64,000 nt of DNA, from assembly GCA_963769885.1 (NCBI GenBank), contig CAVYNH010000006.1:544001-608000 (forward strand), in the 5' to 3' direction. Under the pieces are notes generated by a model. That model did not search any database and was not told the origin of the DNA. It saw nothing but the letters and a program-made list of their open reading frames with translations. The translations under genes were made by a program, and so were the position numbers. Source of the stretch: Methanobacteriota archaeon. Lineage in GTDB: Archaea > Thermoplasmatota > E2 > DHVEG-1. Positions 9,061 to 18,270 of this stretch are shown one piece after another. Every line of letters begins with the position of its first letter. Position 1 is the first letter of the stretch.

Positions 9061-10719
9061 TTATTTGTATGTGCAGGAGACTTGTTTTTTGATTTGCTCT
9101 ATAACGGCTTTGATTGGGGTGCGTTGCTGCTCCGTGGTGTCGCGGCTGCGGATGGTCACCTTGTGGTCGGTGAGGGAGTCGTGGTCGATGGTGACGCATA
9201 AGGGGGTGCCGACCTCGTCCATCCGGGCGTAGCGTCGGCCGATGGTCCCGGTGGTGTCGAAGTAGGTGTAGATGCAGGCGGCTCTGAGGTCGTCATTGAT
9301 TCGTTGGGCGAGGGCGACGAGTCGGTTGTCGTCGGTGAGGGGGAAGACCCCGGCGGTGATCGGGGCGATGCCCGGCGGGAAGGAGAGGATGGTGTATTCC
9401 TCGTCTTTTTTGGAGATCTCCTTGTAGTTGTGTTCGATGAGGAAGTAGAGGATGCGGTCGATACCGAAGGAGGGCTCGATGACGTTGGGGACGAATTTTT
9501 CTCCAATGGTCTTTTCTTCGACTTCGGTGACGTCATAGGCATCCTTGGGGATGGTGATGATTTTCCCGTCGAGGGTGACGTTGACTGGTCCTTTGGTTGG
9601 TGCTTCCATGGTTTCGAGGAGTGCTTTGATTTTGCCCGCGTCTTTTTTGAAGAGGGGGCCGAAGATGTCCATTTTTGGGATGATTTTTCGGTGTTTTTCG
9701 ATCTTGGGTTCTGGGTATTTGCGGACGGCGTACATGTCGACGCCGCTGGCTTGGAGGTGGGCGTTGAGGTCGTAGGCGCTGCGGTCTGCGATGCCGACGC
9801 ATTCGATCCAGCCGAAGCGGTCGCTGTAGAGCTCGGCGTCCCAGCATTCGCAGGCGTAGTGGGCGAGTTCGTCGCTGGCGTGTTTGCGGAACCGGAATTT
9901 TTTTGGGTCGATGCCGGCGGCGAGGAGGAACGAACTGGTGAGATGCATGTAGTAGGCGAGGGCTTGGCTGTTGATGATGCCTTGGTTGACGGCGTGGCCG
10001 ACGGTAACGTGGTGTTCGATGACGTTGTCGTTGAGGACGAGGGGTTCGTTGATGATGTCGTGGAATCGGGGGTGGGTTTTGGTGGTGGGGTCGATGAAGA
10101 TTTCGGCTTCGGCCATACTGAATTCGCGTTGGCGCAGGGTGCCTTGTCTTGGGCTGATTTCGTTGCGGTAGCCTTTGCCGATTTGGACGACGCCGAGGGG
10201 GAGTCGTTCGCGGTTGTATCGGTAGAGGAGGTGGAAGTTGGTGAAGATGCCTTGGGCGGTTTCTGGTCGGAGGAAGGCTGGTCTGCCGTCGCCGGCGCCG
10301 ATGGTGGTGCTGAACATGAGGTTGACGGGATGTGGGTTGGTTAAAACGGTGCCGCAGCCGAGGCATTTGATTTTCTTTTCCGCCAGGGCTTGTTCAACTG
10401 GGGTGGTGCCGATGATGTCTTCGACTTTGAAGCTTTTCTTGCATTTTGGGCAGTCGACGGTGAGGTCGGTGAATTCTTCGACGTGTCCGCTGGCTTTGAG
10501 TACTTCGTAGAGGGTGATGTCGGGGGTGGTGATTTCGATGCAGTTGTCTTTGAGGACGAAGAAGCGGCGCCAGAGGTTTTCGATGTTGTTTTTGAGTTGG
10601 GCGCCGAGGGGTCCGTAGTCGTAGAAGCCGGCGATGCCGCCGTAGATTTCGAACGACGGGTAGATGAATCCGCGTCGTTTGGCCATCGTGATGATTTTAT
10701 CGTAGATGTCTTGCGGCAT
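9061..10719 (-). CDS. glyS: glycine--tRNA ligase (archaeal/eukaryotic type)
   Basis: KRRGF..PSFEIYGG, LRPETAQGIF, RNEISPRQG, ELAHYA, VIEPSFGIDR, IGRRYARMDEVGTP. Confidence 0.97.
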   Translation of the reverse strand: MPQDIYDKIITMAKRRGFIYPSFEIYGGIAGFYDYGPLGAQLKNNIENLWRRFFVLKDNCIEITTPDITLYEVLKASGHVEEFTDLTVDCPKCKKSFKVEDIIGTTPVEQALAEKKIKCLGCGTVLTNPHPVNLMFSTTIGAGDGRPAFLRPETAQGIFTNFHLLYRYNRERLPLGVVQIGKGYRNEISPRQGTLRQREFSMAEAEIFIDPTTKTHPRFHDIINEPLVLNDNVIEHHVTVGHAVNQGIINSQALAYYMHLTSSFLLAAGIDPKKFRFRKHASDELAHYACECWDAELYSDRFGWIECVGIADRSAYDLNAHLQASGVDMYAVRKYPEPKIEKHRKIIPKMDIFGPLFKKDAGKIKALLETMEAPTKGPVNVTLDGKIITIPKDAYDVTEVEEKTIGEKFVPNVIEPSFGIDRILYFLIEHNYKEISKKDEEYTILSFPPGIAPITAGVFPLTDDNRLVALAQRINDDLRAACIYTYFDTTGTIGRRYARMDEVGTPLCVTIDHDSLTDHKVTIRSRDTTEQQRTPIKAVIEQIKKQVSCTYK

Positions 10720-10733
10720 CAGAGTTGTCCTGG

Positions 10734-11585
10734 TTATTTGCCTTTTTTGAACATGCAGCTGATGAGGTCGATGTCGGTGACCATGCCGATGAGTTTGTTG
10801 TCGGGGTCGACGACGGGGACGTGGCTGATTTTGTTGCGGTACATCTTGCGGGCGATCTCGCTGATGGGGTCGTTTTTGTATGCTTTGATGACGTTGCTGA
10901 TCATGACTTCTTTGACGGGTACTGGTGGGAGGTCGACTTTGGTGGTGCTGTAGTAGAGGCGGATGGTGTCGCGGATGCCTTCCCAGGTCCAGGCGTCTTC
11001 GTCGTCTGCCATGCCCATGTTGGTCTGGGACATTGATTCGCGGATGTGGCTGAGTTTGAAGAGGTCGCCTTCGCTGACGATGCCGGCGAGTTCGAGTTCT
11101 TTGTTGAGGACGGGGAGGGCGGTCTCGTTGGTGACGTTGATGACTTCCATGATGAAGGTGATGGGGTTGTCTTGGTAGACGGGGACGAGGTTGCGGGTGA
11201 AGTAGTGGTCGACGATGTCGTCGTACTCGTCCGGCAGCGCCTTGAGGATGTCGGTGGGCGAGATGATGCCGACGAGGTTTTTGCGTTTGTCGACGACGGG
11301 GATGCCGTGGATTCGGTTTTCGTAGAGGATTTTGGCGGCGTTGACGAGCTGGTCGTCTTTCTGGATGGTGTGTGGGTCGGTGGACATGATGAGGGCGATT
11401 TGTTCCTCGTCTGGGTTTTTGAAGATGTCGGAGCGGGTGAGGACGCCGACGACGCGTTTGGTGTCTTTCTTCAAAATGGGCATGCCGCTGACGTTGTGTT
11501 TGGCTAGGGTTTTGAGTGCCTCTCGGATGGTGCCGGGGACGTATCCGACGATGAGGTCTTTGGACATCGCGTCTTCGACTATCAT
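10734..11585 (-). CDS. CBS-domain protein (two CBS pairs)
   Basis: Repeated CBS cores (GMPI..VGVLT, GIPVVD..VGIIS, HVPVVD..IGMVTDID) with the WTWEG insert of an archaeal CBS family. Confidence 0.9.
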   Translation of the reverse strand: MIVEDAMSKDLIVGYVPGTIREALKTLAKHNVSGMPILKKDTKRVVGVLTRSDIFKNPDEEQIALIMSTDPHTIQKDDQLVNAAKILYENRIHGIPVVDKRKNLVGIISPTDILKALPDEYDDIVDHYFTRNLVPVYQDNPITFIMEVINVTNETALPVLNKELELAGIVSEGDLFKLSHIRESMSQTNMGMADDEDAWTWEGIRDTIRLYYSTTKVDLPPVPVKEVMISNVIKAYKNDPISEIARKMYRNKISHVPVVDPDNKLIGMVTDIDLISCMFKKGK

Positions 11586-11591
11586 GCGTTT

Positions 11592-12614
11592 TCAGACTCC
11601 AGGGGTTTGCCTTGGGGATAGGAACAATGGATTTAAAGTTTGCTTCTGTAAAACAACGATGTGATCCATTGGGTTGAGACCCTGAATAAGGGTCGGTATT
11701 TTTAACACTTTCCTTGGAGTGGTGGAGACCATTTCCAGGAGGGATTCGGTCGAGAAGACGCCGGTGGGTTGGAGGGCTCTGGCGTCGTCCAGAACGTTGG
11801 GTGATTGCAGCATGGCGTTGTCCGAGCCGAGCATCAGCCGCAGCCCGCTCTCTTTAAATGCTTTGTAGTCGACTTTTAGGCCGAAGAACTGGTAGGAGCG
11901 CGGGCAGAGGACGACCGGGATATCGGCGTCGCTGACCTTCTTGAGGTCGCTTGGGGTGGCGGCGGTGCAGTGGACGAGGAAATCCGGCTCCAATGAGAGG
12001 ACCTTTTCGATGTCTTCGCGGCTGGCTTCACTGGCGTGCAGGGCGAAAAGCATCTTTTTCTTCTTGACATAAGAGGCAAGGTTGTCGAGGTCGCCTGCTG
12101 GCCAGTCAGCGATGCCGCTGACGCCGATGCCGTGAGAGTGCTCGAGGAGTTGAGCGACTTCCCGGCGTTTATATGAGAGTCCGCGGGGCCGCGAAAGGAT
12201 GAGTGGATGGACCGTGCTTGTGTCGGTCGCGGTTTTGAGTTGTTGGATGCCGGGGAGTCCGCATTCGCGGAAGTCGATGAAGACGCTGGTGCCGCAGGCC
12301 TGCATCGTGCCGAGGGCGCGGCGCATGCTACCGATGATCTCTTCAGGGGACGTGGTGCGTAGGAGCCGGTGTTTGAGGCCGTCGGGTGGGCCGACCAATG
12401 CTTTGACGTCCCGGGGGAGTTCGATGCCGCGGTGGCGGATGAAGGCGTCCCCGAGGTGGGTGTGGGCGTTAACCATGCCGGTGAGGATGTAGCCGGTGGC
12501 GTCGGTGACATGCGGTGAGAGTCCTTCGTGGATTACGGCGTGTTTGTCCGTGATCTCTAGGTAGGCCTGGATGGGGCCGACGTCGGTGATGAGGTCTCCT
12601 TGAATGTATCGCAT
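11592..12614 (-). CDS. metal-dependent amidohydrolase family protein
   Basis: NAHTHLGD, DFREcG, LHASE, LVHCT, LCPRS, LGSDN. Confidence 0.88.
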   Translation of the reverse strand: MRYIQGDLITDVGPIQAYLEITDKHAVIHEGLSPHVTDATGYILTGMVNAHTHLGDAFIRHRGIELPRDVKALVGPPDGLKHRLLRTTSPEEIIGSMRRALGTMQACGTSVFIDFRECGLPGIQQLKTATDTSTVHPLILSRPRGLSYKRREVAQLLEHSHGIGVSGIADWPAGDLDNLASYVKKKKMLFALHASEASREDIEKVLSLEPDFLVHCTAATPSDLKKVSDADIPVVLCPRSYQFFGLKVDYKAFKESGLRLMLGSDNAMLQSPNVLDDARALQPTGVFSTESLLEMVSTTPRKVLKIPTLIQGLNPMDHIVVLQKQTLNPLFLSPRQTPGV

Positions 12615-12787
12615 CCGATTCACTTGAAGGGTAAGTCCAGGGTGTCTTTTATAGTCTCGTTCCCGTCATAGAAATATTTTTGAATCTGCCGGGTGTTCTG
12701 TTAGTTCCCACCTGAGGCTCGAGCTCCAAGGCTTTCTAGAGCATAGGAGAGGGAATCCGGCGGCATGGTGGGGATGAGGTGTGATGG

Positions 12788-13852
12788 ATGATGGAGAGTG
12801 TTGATTCTCGCATGCAATATGATAAATCCGGGATGCTTGAGGTGATTTCCCGGTTTCCGGACCAGATCAAGGAGTCCGTGGCGTTGGCTGGGACGGTGGA
12901 GCGGCTCCCGTTCTTAAAAATAGATAATGTCATCATCTCCGGGATGGGCGGCTCCGCGATCTCCGGGGACCTCGTCGAGGCGTTGTTCCGCGACAAGCTG
13001 GACGTCCCATTGGTGGTGAACCGTGAGCCGGATCTGCCGAAGTGGGCGAACAAGGACACCCTGGCTATTTGTCTGAGTTACTCGGGGAACACGGAAGAGA
13101 CAATCGGCGCGTTTAAGGCCGCGAGCCAGCGGAAATGCAAGATCATCAGCATCTCGACTGGTGGGAAGCTTGAGGAGCTGTCCTCGAAACGGGATGTGGT
13201 GTTTTTGAAGATCCCGTCGGGGATGCAGCCACGGGCGGCGACGCCGTTTCTGTTGTTCCCGACGATTGTGCTGCTGCATAAGGCCGGGCTGGTGAAGGCG
13301 AACATCGAGCCTGACATCGAGGAGACCGTCGCGGTGACGCGGGAGTTCGTCGCGGCGAACGGCCCGAAGATCCCGGAGGCGTCGAACCCGGCGAAGCAAT
13401 TGGCCAGACGGCTGTACGGAGCGATCCCGCAGATCTACGGGTGGGGGCCGTACGCGCCGGTAGCGACGCGCTGGCGGCAGCAGTTCAACGAGAACAGCAA
13501 GATCATCGCCCGGATGGACGTCGTCTCGGAGTCGAACCACAATGACTTGGTCGGCTGGTCTCAAAGCCCTGAGTTCACGAAACAGTTCATGTACATCCTG
13601 TTCCGCGACCGGGAGAACGAGTCGATCTCGCTGGGGACGCGGCTGGATTTCATGAAGAGCCTGGGGCAGAACGTGGCCAAGGACGTCATCGAGGTGTCGC
13701 CGAAGGGGAAGAGCCGGCTGGCGCGCATGATGCACCTGATGTGCCAGGGGGATTTCGCGAGTAACTACCTGGCGTTGCTGCGTGGCGTGGACCCAAGCCC
13801 TGTGGACATCGTGACGGAGTTGAAGCGCCGTTTGGCGGAGAAGCTCGGGTGA
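12788..13852 (+). CDS. bifunctional phosphoglucose/phosphomannose isomerase
   Basis: GMGGSAISGD, SYSGNTEET, STGGKL, QPRAA, QFNENSK, ESNHN, DPSPVDIV..LK. Confidence 0.93.
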   Translation: MMESVDSRMQYDKSGMLEVISRFPDQIKESVALAGTVERLPFLKIDNVIISGMGGSAISGDLVEALFRDKLDVPLVVNREPDLPKWANKDTLAICLSYSGNTEETIGAFKAASQRKCKIISISTGGKLEELSSKRDVVFLKIPSGMQPRAATPFLLFPTIVLLHKAGLVKANIEPDIEETVAVTREFVAANGPKIPEASNPAKQLARRLYGAIPQIYGWGPYAPVATRWRQQFNENSKIIARMDVVSESNHNDLVGWSQSPEFTKQFMYILFRDRENESISLGTRLDFMKSLGQNVAKDVIEVSPKGKSRLARMMHLMCQGDFASNYLALLRGVDPSPVDIVTELKRRLAEKLG

Positions 13853-13899
13853 ATAAAACATAAATAGGCTGTCTCCGTTTCCTTCCTTTAAGTAGGTGG

Positions 13900-15003
13900 A
13901 TGAGAAGCACGCATAGTTCCCGGATATTCTCCAGTGTGTTATGTACGGTGCTCGCTAGCGTCCTGCTAATGGTTCCTTTTATTTTGTGTGGCGCTGCCCA
14001 GGATGAGCAGTTGTCGATCGAGGTCTTGGACCTGGAGCAGTCGGGCGACAACGTGATGTACGAGGGCTCGACCTATACGGTCGGGATCGGGGTCAGCGGC
14101 GGGCTGCCGGTCCTGTCCGGGGTGACGGTCTCGGTTCCCTGGGCGACGTACGTGACGACGAACGAGACGCCGATCATCGAGTTCACCGCTCCCTTGTACA
14201 CGGATCATCCGAGTTTCACCATGACCGCGGAGAAACCTGGGTATCTCTCCGCGAACATTACGTTTTCGGTGCTGCGCGGGGCGCTGCATATCTCCACGCC
14301 GTCGACGAGCGTGCGTGAGCAGGCGTCCATGGGGCTCACGGTCACGGACCAACATGGGTTCCCCATCGAGGATGCCACGATTCAGCTGCGCGGCGTGAAC
14401 ATCACGACGACGGACGCGGCGGGGAAGGCGACCGTGACCGCCCCTGAGGTCAACCAGGACCAGGAGGTCGTCGTCTCCGTGATGAAGGACGGCTACGTCT
14501 CCGGTACCCGGACGGTTGTCGTCAGCAACGTCCACAGCCAGCTGTTCACGGTCGATTTGTCGCAGATCCTGCCAATCATCATCGCCGGTGTCGTGGTGAT
14601 CTTCGCGATTGGGGTGGTCCGCTGGCGGCAGACGCATCGCCCACGGCACGTCCATCATCATGAGGTCTCGGAGCCGTCGACGATCCAGCTCGCCCATAAG
14701 CCGTCGATGGAGTCGTCAAAGGTCGAGGAAATCCGGATCCCGCTTGTCGAGAAGAAGAAACAGACCACGTTCATCCCCCGGGAGAAACCTGAGCATCATC
14801 CGGACGCGAAGCCCGTAGGAACGGCGGACTGGTTCCAGGGGACGGATTACGCGAAGTTCAAGCTTGACGAGATGACCGGGAAGATCGACGGGAAGAAGGA
14901 GGGGAAGTGGTTCGTCGGCGAGGACGACATCGAGTCCAAGGTCGACGAAACCCTCAAGAAGAAGGCGTCGCCGAAACGGGAAAGTCATAAACACTCCAAG
15001 TGA
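13900..15003 (+). CDS. membrane protein: signal peptide, Ig/carboxypeptidase-regulatory-like repeats, TM helix, charged cytoplasmic tail
   Basis: N-terminal hydrophobic stretch, AEKPGY/MKDGY and TTDAAGKAT motifs, TM ILPIIIAGVVVIFAIGVV followed by RWRQ. Confidence 0.65.
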   Translation: MRSTHSSRIFSSVLCTVLASVLLMVPFILCGAAQDEQLSIEVLDLEQSGDNVMYEGSTYTVGIGVSGGLPVLSGVTVSVPWATYVTTNETPIIEFTAPLYTDHPSFTMTAEKPGYLSANITFSVLRGALHISTPSTSVREQASMGLTVTDQHGFPIEDATIQLRGVNITTTDAAGKATVTAPEVNQDQEVVVSVMKDGYVSGTRTVVVSNVHSQLFTVDLSQILPIIIAGVVVIFAIGVVRWRQTHRPRHVHHHEVSEPSTIQLAHKPSMESSKVEEIRIPLVEKKKQTTFIPREKPEHHPDAKPVGTADWFQGTDYAKFKLDEMTGKIDGKKEGKWFVGEDDIESKVDETLKKKASPKRESHKHSK

Positions 15004-15050
15004 CCGTGAATTTTTTAAGGAAACGCCCCATCAATCCCCCTGTTGCATCT

Positions 15051-16058
15051 ATGAATCTCCTCTTTGAGCTGTCGAAAGGCCTGAAGGACCTGCCCGCGGA
15101 CGAGGCCGTCGCATGCCTTGAGTCGGAGCAGATACGCCCTACAGTAATTATTACTAATGAGGATGTTGTCGTTGCTGCCGCCGACGTCTCACACTCCCAG
15201 ATTCAGGTCCTCGCCCGGCGGCTCGCCTGGACGGCGGTCCTCGATGAACTTCTGTTCACCTGCCCCGTTGATGAATTAGAGAATCAGGCCCAGAAGTATC
15301 ACCTCACCACGCCGGGTTCGCTGGCCGTCCGCATCAAGAACCGCTCGACTTCGCACAAATCCGAAGATATCCTGGACGTCCTTGCAGACGTGTACTCCTC
15401 GACTCACCCCATCAACCTCAGACAGCCTGCCCATGAGGTCCGCGCGGTAGTCACCGATGACATCATCTACGTTGGACGAAAGCTGGCGGAGGTCGATACT
15501 TCGGGGTTCGAGCAGCGGAAATCCCAGTACCGCCCGTTTTTCACCGGCATCACCATGCACCCGCGCCTCGCCCACGCACTCGTCAATCTCTCCAGAGTCC
15601 GGGCTGGCGAACTGTTTTGCGACCCGTTCTGCGGCTCCGGCGGTATCCTCCTTGAAGCAGGGCTCATGGGAATAACAGTGATCGGCGGGGACATCGAACC
15701 GAAGATGACGACAGGCTGCACCAAGTCCCTCGAACACTACGGCATCAACAAATTCCAGCTCTTCCCCACCGACATCGGCACACTCCCCGACTATGTCCCC
15801 GACGTGGACGGGATCGCCACCGACTTCCCCTACGGCCGCTCAACCACGACTAAAGGCGAAGACCGCGCAAAGCTCTACAACCGCGCCTTCCAAGCCATTG
15901 CAAAGATCCTCAAACCAGGGCGGTACGCGGTCTGCGGACTCTCAGAAAAAAACCTGATCCCCATCGGAGAACGATACCTCAGCCTTCAAAAAGTCTACGA
16001 CATCCGAGCCCACCGCAGCCTCACTCGCTCCTTTGCCGTCTTCAAAAAAACACCCTAA
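15051..16058 (+). CDS. THUMP-domain tRNA (guanine-10-N2) methyltransferase, Trm11/TrmG10-like
   Basis: RPFF..TMHPRLA.ALVNL, DPFCGSGGILLEA, TDFPYGRS, HRSLTR. ATG at 15051 preferred. Confidence 0.88.
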   Translation: MNLLFELSKGLKDLPADEAVACLESEQIRPTVIITNEDVVVAAADVSHSQIQVLARRLAWTAVLDELLFTCPVDELENQAQKYHLTTPGSLAVRIKNRSTSHKSEDILDVLADVYSSTHPINLRQPAHEVRAVVTDDIIYVGRKLAEVDTSGFEQRKSQYRPFFTGITMHPRLAHALVNLSRVRAGELFCDPFCGSGGILLEAGLMGITVIGGDIEPKMTTGCTKSLEHYGINKFQLFPTDIGTLPDYVPDVDGIATDFPYGRSTTTKGEDRAKLYNRAFQAIAKILKPGRYAVCGLSEKNLIPIGERYLSLQKVYDIRAHRSLTRSFAVFKKTP

Positions 16059-16107
16059 ATCTCGGCTCCCAAAAGCTTTTCATCCCAAGCTCCGATGCCC
16101 ACCGCCT

Positions 16108-17025
16108 ATGACGCAGCTGCGCATCCTCTTCCTCGGCACGAGCGGCAGCTGGCCGACCATCCAGCGCAATGTCGCCTCCACCGCCATTCATCGCGGCAGC
16201 GAAGTCCTCCTTTTCGACTGCGGCGAAGGCACCCAACGCCAATTCCAACGCACCACCCTCTCCTACATGCAGATCACCAGCATCTTCATCACCCATTTCC
16301 ACGGCGACCATTTCCTCGGCCTCCCCGGCCTCATCCAGACCATGCAGCTCAACGACCGCACAACCCCCCTCAACCTCTACGGACCCCCAGGGATGAACAA
16401 GCTCACCGCCCAACTCCTTTCTCTCGGCTACTTCCGCCCTGTCTACGAGATTGTCTCCCATGAGATCGATGACGGCGAAACCCTCCACTTCGACGGCTAC
16501 GACATTAAAACCCTCGCCACCAAACACAACGTCCCTTCCCTCGCCTACAGCCTGGAGGAAGACATGAGGCCAGGGAAGTTCAACAAACCCAAGGCCCTCC
16601 ACCTCGGCATCCCCGAAGGCCCCCTCTTCAGCAAACTCCAGCACGGTCAGACCATCACCCTCAAGAACGGCACCACCATCACCCCGGGCATGGTCCTCGG
16701 GCCACCACGCAAAGGAAGGAAGATCGTCATCACCGGCGACACCACCTACGACGAAGACCTCATTCAGTTCGCCAAGGACGCGGACGTCCTCATCCACGAC
16801 GCCACCTTCGACTCTACCTTCGTCGAATCCGCAGAGTACGGCCACTCCACCGCCGCCCAAGCAGCAATGATAGCGAAACAAGCGGACGTCGACGCCCTCT
16901 TCCTCACCCACCTCAGCCCCCGCTACCTCGACCCCAAGGTCATCGAGGACGACGCCCGAAAGATCTTCCCCCGCTCCTTCGCCGCCAAAGACCTCCAAGA
17001 AATCGAAGTCAAACTCAAACCATAA
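16108..17025 (+). CDS. rnz: ribonuclease Z
   Basis: FLGTSG, FDCGEGTQRQ, THFHGDH, exosite GIPEGP, GDT, HDATF, HST, THLSPRY. Confidence 0.96.
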   Translation: MTQLRILFLGTSGSWPTIQRNVASTAIHRGSEVLLFDCGEGTQRQFQRTTLSYMQITSIFITHFHGDHFLGLPGLIQTMQLNDRTTPLNLYGPPGMNKLTAQLLSLGYFRPVYEIVSHEIDDGETLHFDGYDIKTLATKHNVPSLAYSLEEDMRPGKFNKPKALHLGIPEGPLFSKLQHGQTITLKNGTTITPGMVLGPPRKGRKIVITGDTTYDEDLIQFAKDADVLIHDATFDSTFVESAEYGHSTAAQAAMIAKQADVDALFLTHLSPRYLDPKVIEDDARKIFPRSFAAKDLQEIEVKLKP

Positions 17026-17054
17026 AAAAGAAAAAAACACCAGAGGCGGGAAGG

Positions 17055-18143
17055 CTATTTCTTCGACCGCGGCGCCGGCTTCTCCTCGAACCGCTCACAC
17101 GGATCCCCGAAGAACACTCGCCCCAAATTAAACAATTCCATGTCCACAGTCTTCAGCTTCTCTACGCCCTCACTGATGTCCACGGGCACGATCTTGTAGC
17201 CCCGGAACGCTACCATCTTCCCCCAGTTCTTCGCCGCGACCTGATCCACCGCCGCGATGCCGAACCGCGTTGCCAACAGACGGTCGTACGCGGTCGGCGT
17301 CCCGCCGCGCTGCACATGACCAAGCACCGTCACCCGCGTCTCCACCCCCAGCCGCTTCTCGATCTCTTTACTGATCAACTGCCCGATGCCGCCGAGCCGC
17401 ACATGACCGAACTCATCCAACTCTTTCGAAATCGTCGCAAAATCCGCCATGCTCTTCGGCTTCGCACCCTCCGCGACCACCACGATACTGAACCCCTTCC
17501 CGCTCTTCATCCGACACTCCAGGTTCTTGCAGATCGTATCCAACTCGAACGGCACCTCAGGGACCAGGATCTCATCCGCCCCGCCCGCAATCCCGGACAC
17601 GGTCGCAATCCACCCGGTATGCCGCCCCATCACCTCTAAGACCATGATTCGGTGATGCGACTCCGCCGTCGTATGCAGCCGATCGATCGCCTCCGTCACA
17701 ATCTGCGTCGCCGTATCAAACCCAAACGTCGTATCCGTCCCACAGATATCATTGTCAATGGTCTTCGGCACCCCGATCACATGCACACCCATCTTAGACA
17801 GCTTCAACGCCACACCCAAGGTATCCTCCCCGCCGACCACGATCAACGCATCAATCTGCAGCTTCTTCAGATTCTGCACGATCTTCTCCGCATCCCCAGG
17901 GTTCTTGAACGGATTCGTCCGCGACGTCCCCAGAATCGTCCCACCACGCGGCAAAATCCCGGACACCTCACGCTCCGTCAACGGCATCGTATTCCCATCA
18001 ATCACACCCTTCCACCCATTCAAGAAACCGGTCACCCGCCAGCCGTGCTTCAACGACTTCCTGACAACCGCACGGATCACCGCATTCAACCCAGGGCAGT
18101 CACCGCCCCCCGTCAAAATCCCAACATTCAACGTCTGACCCAT
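17055..18143 (-). CDS. PfkA-family 6-phosphofructokinase, probably PPi-dependent
   Basis: TGGGDCPGLN, GGTILGTSR, GGEDT, PKTIDND, EVMGR, LGHVQRGG. Confidence 0.92.
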   Translation of the reverse strand: MGQTLNVGILTGGGDCPGLNAVIRAVVRKSLKHGWRVTGFLNGWKGVIDGNTMPLTEREVSGILPRGGTILGTSRTNPFKNPGDAEKIVQNLKKLQIDALIVVGGEDTLGVALKLSKMGVHVIGVPKTIDNDICGTDTTFGFDTATQIVTEAIDRLHTTAESHHRIMVLEVMGRHTGWIATVSGIAGGADEILVPEVPFELDTICKNLECRMKSGKGFSIVVVAEGAKPKSMADFATISKELDEFGHVRLGGIGQLISKEIEKRLGVETRVTVLGHVQRGGTPTAYDRLLATRFGIAAVDQVAAKNWGKMVAFRGYKIVPVDISEGVEKLKTVDMELFNLGRVFFGDPCERFEEKPAPRSKK

Positions 18144-18270
18144 ACGAATATTCCTCTTCCCGCCCCGGGTAACCACTCACTCCGATTAAAGCTTATCGAA
18201 ACCCCCCATAGAACCACATGAAAACCAAGAAATACGCAAAACCAGTTTCCTTCACCCAAGGCTAGACACC

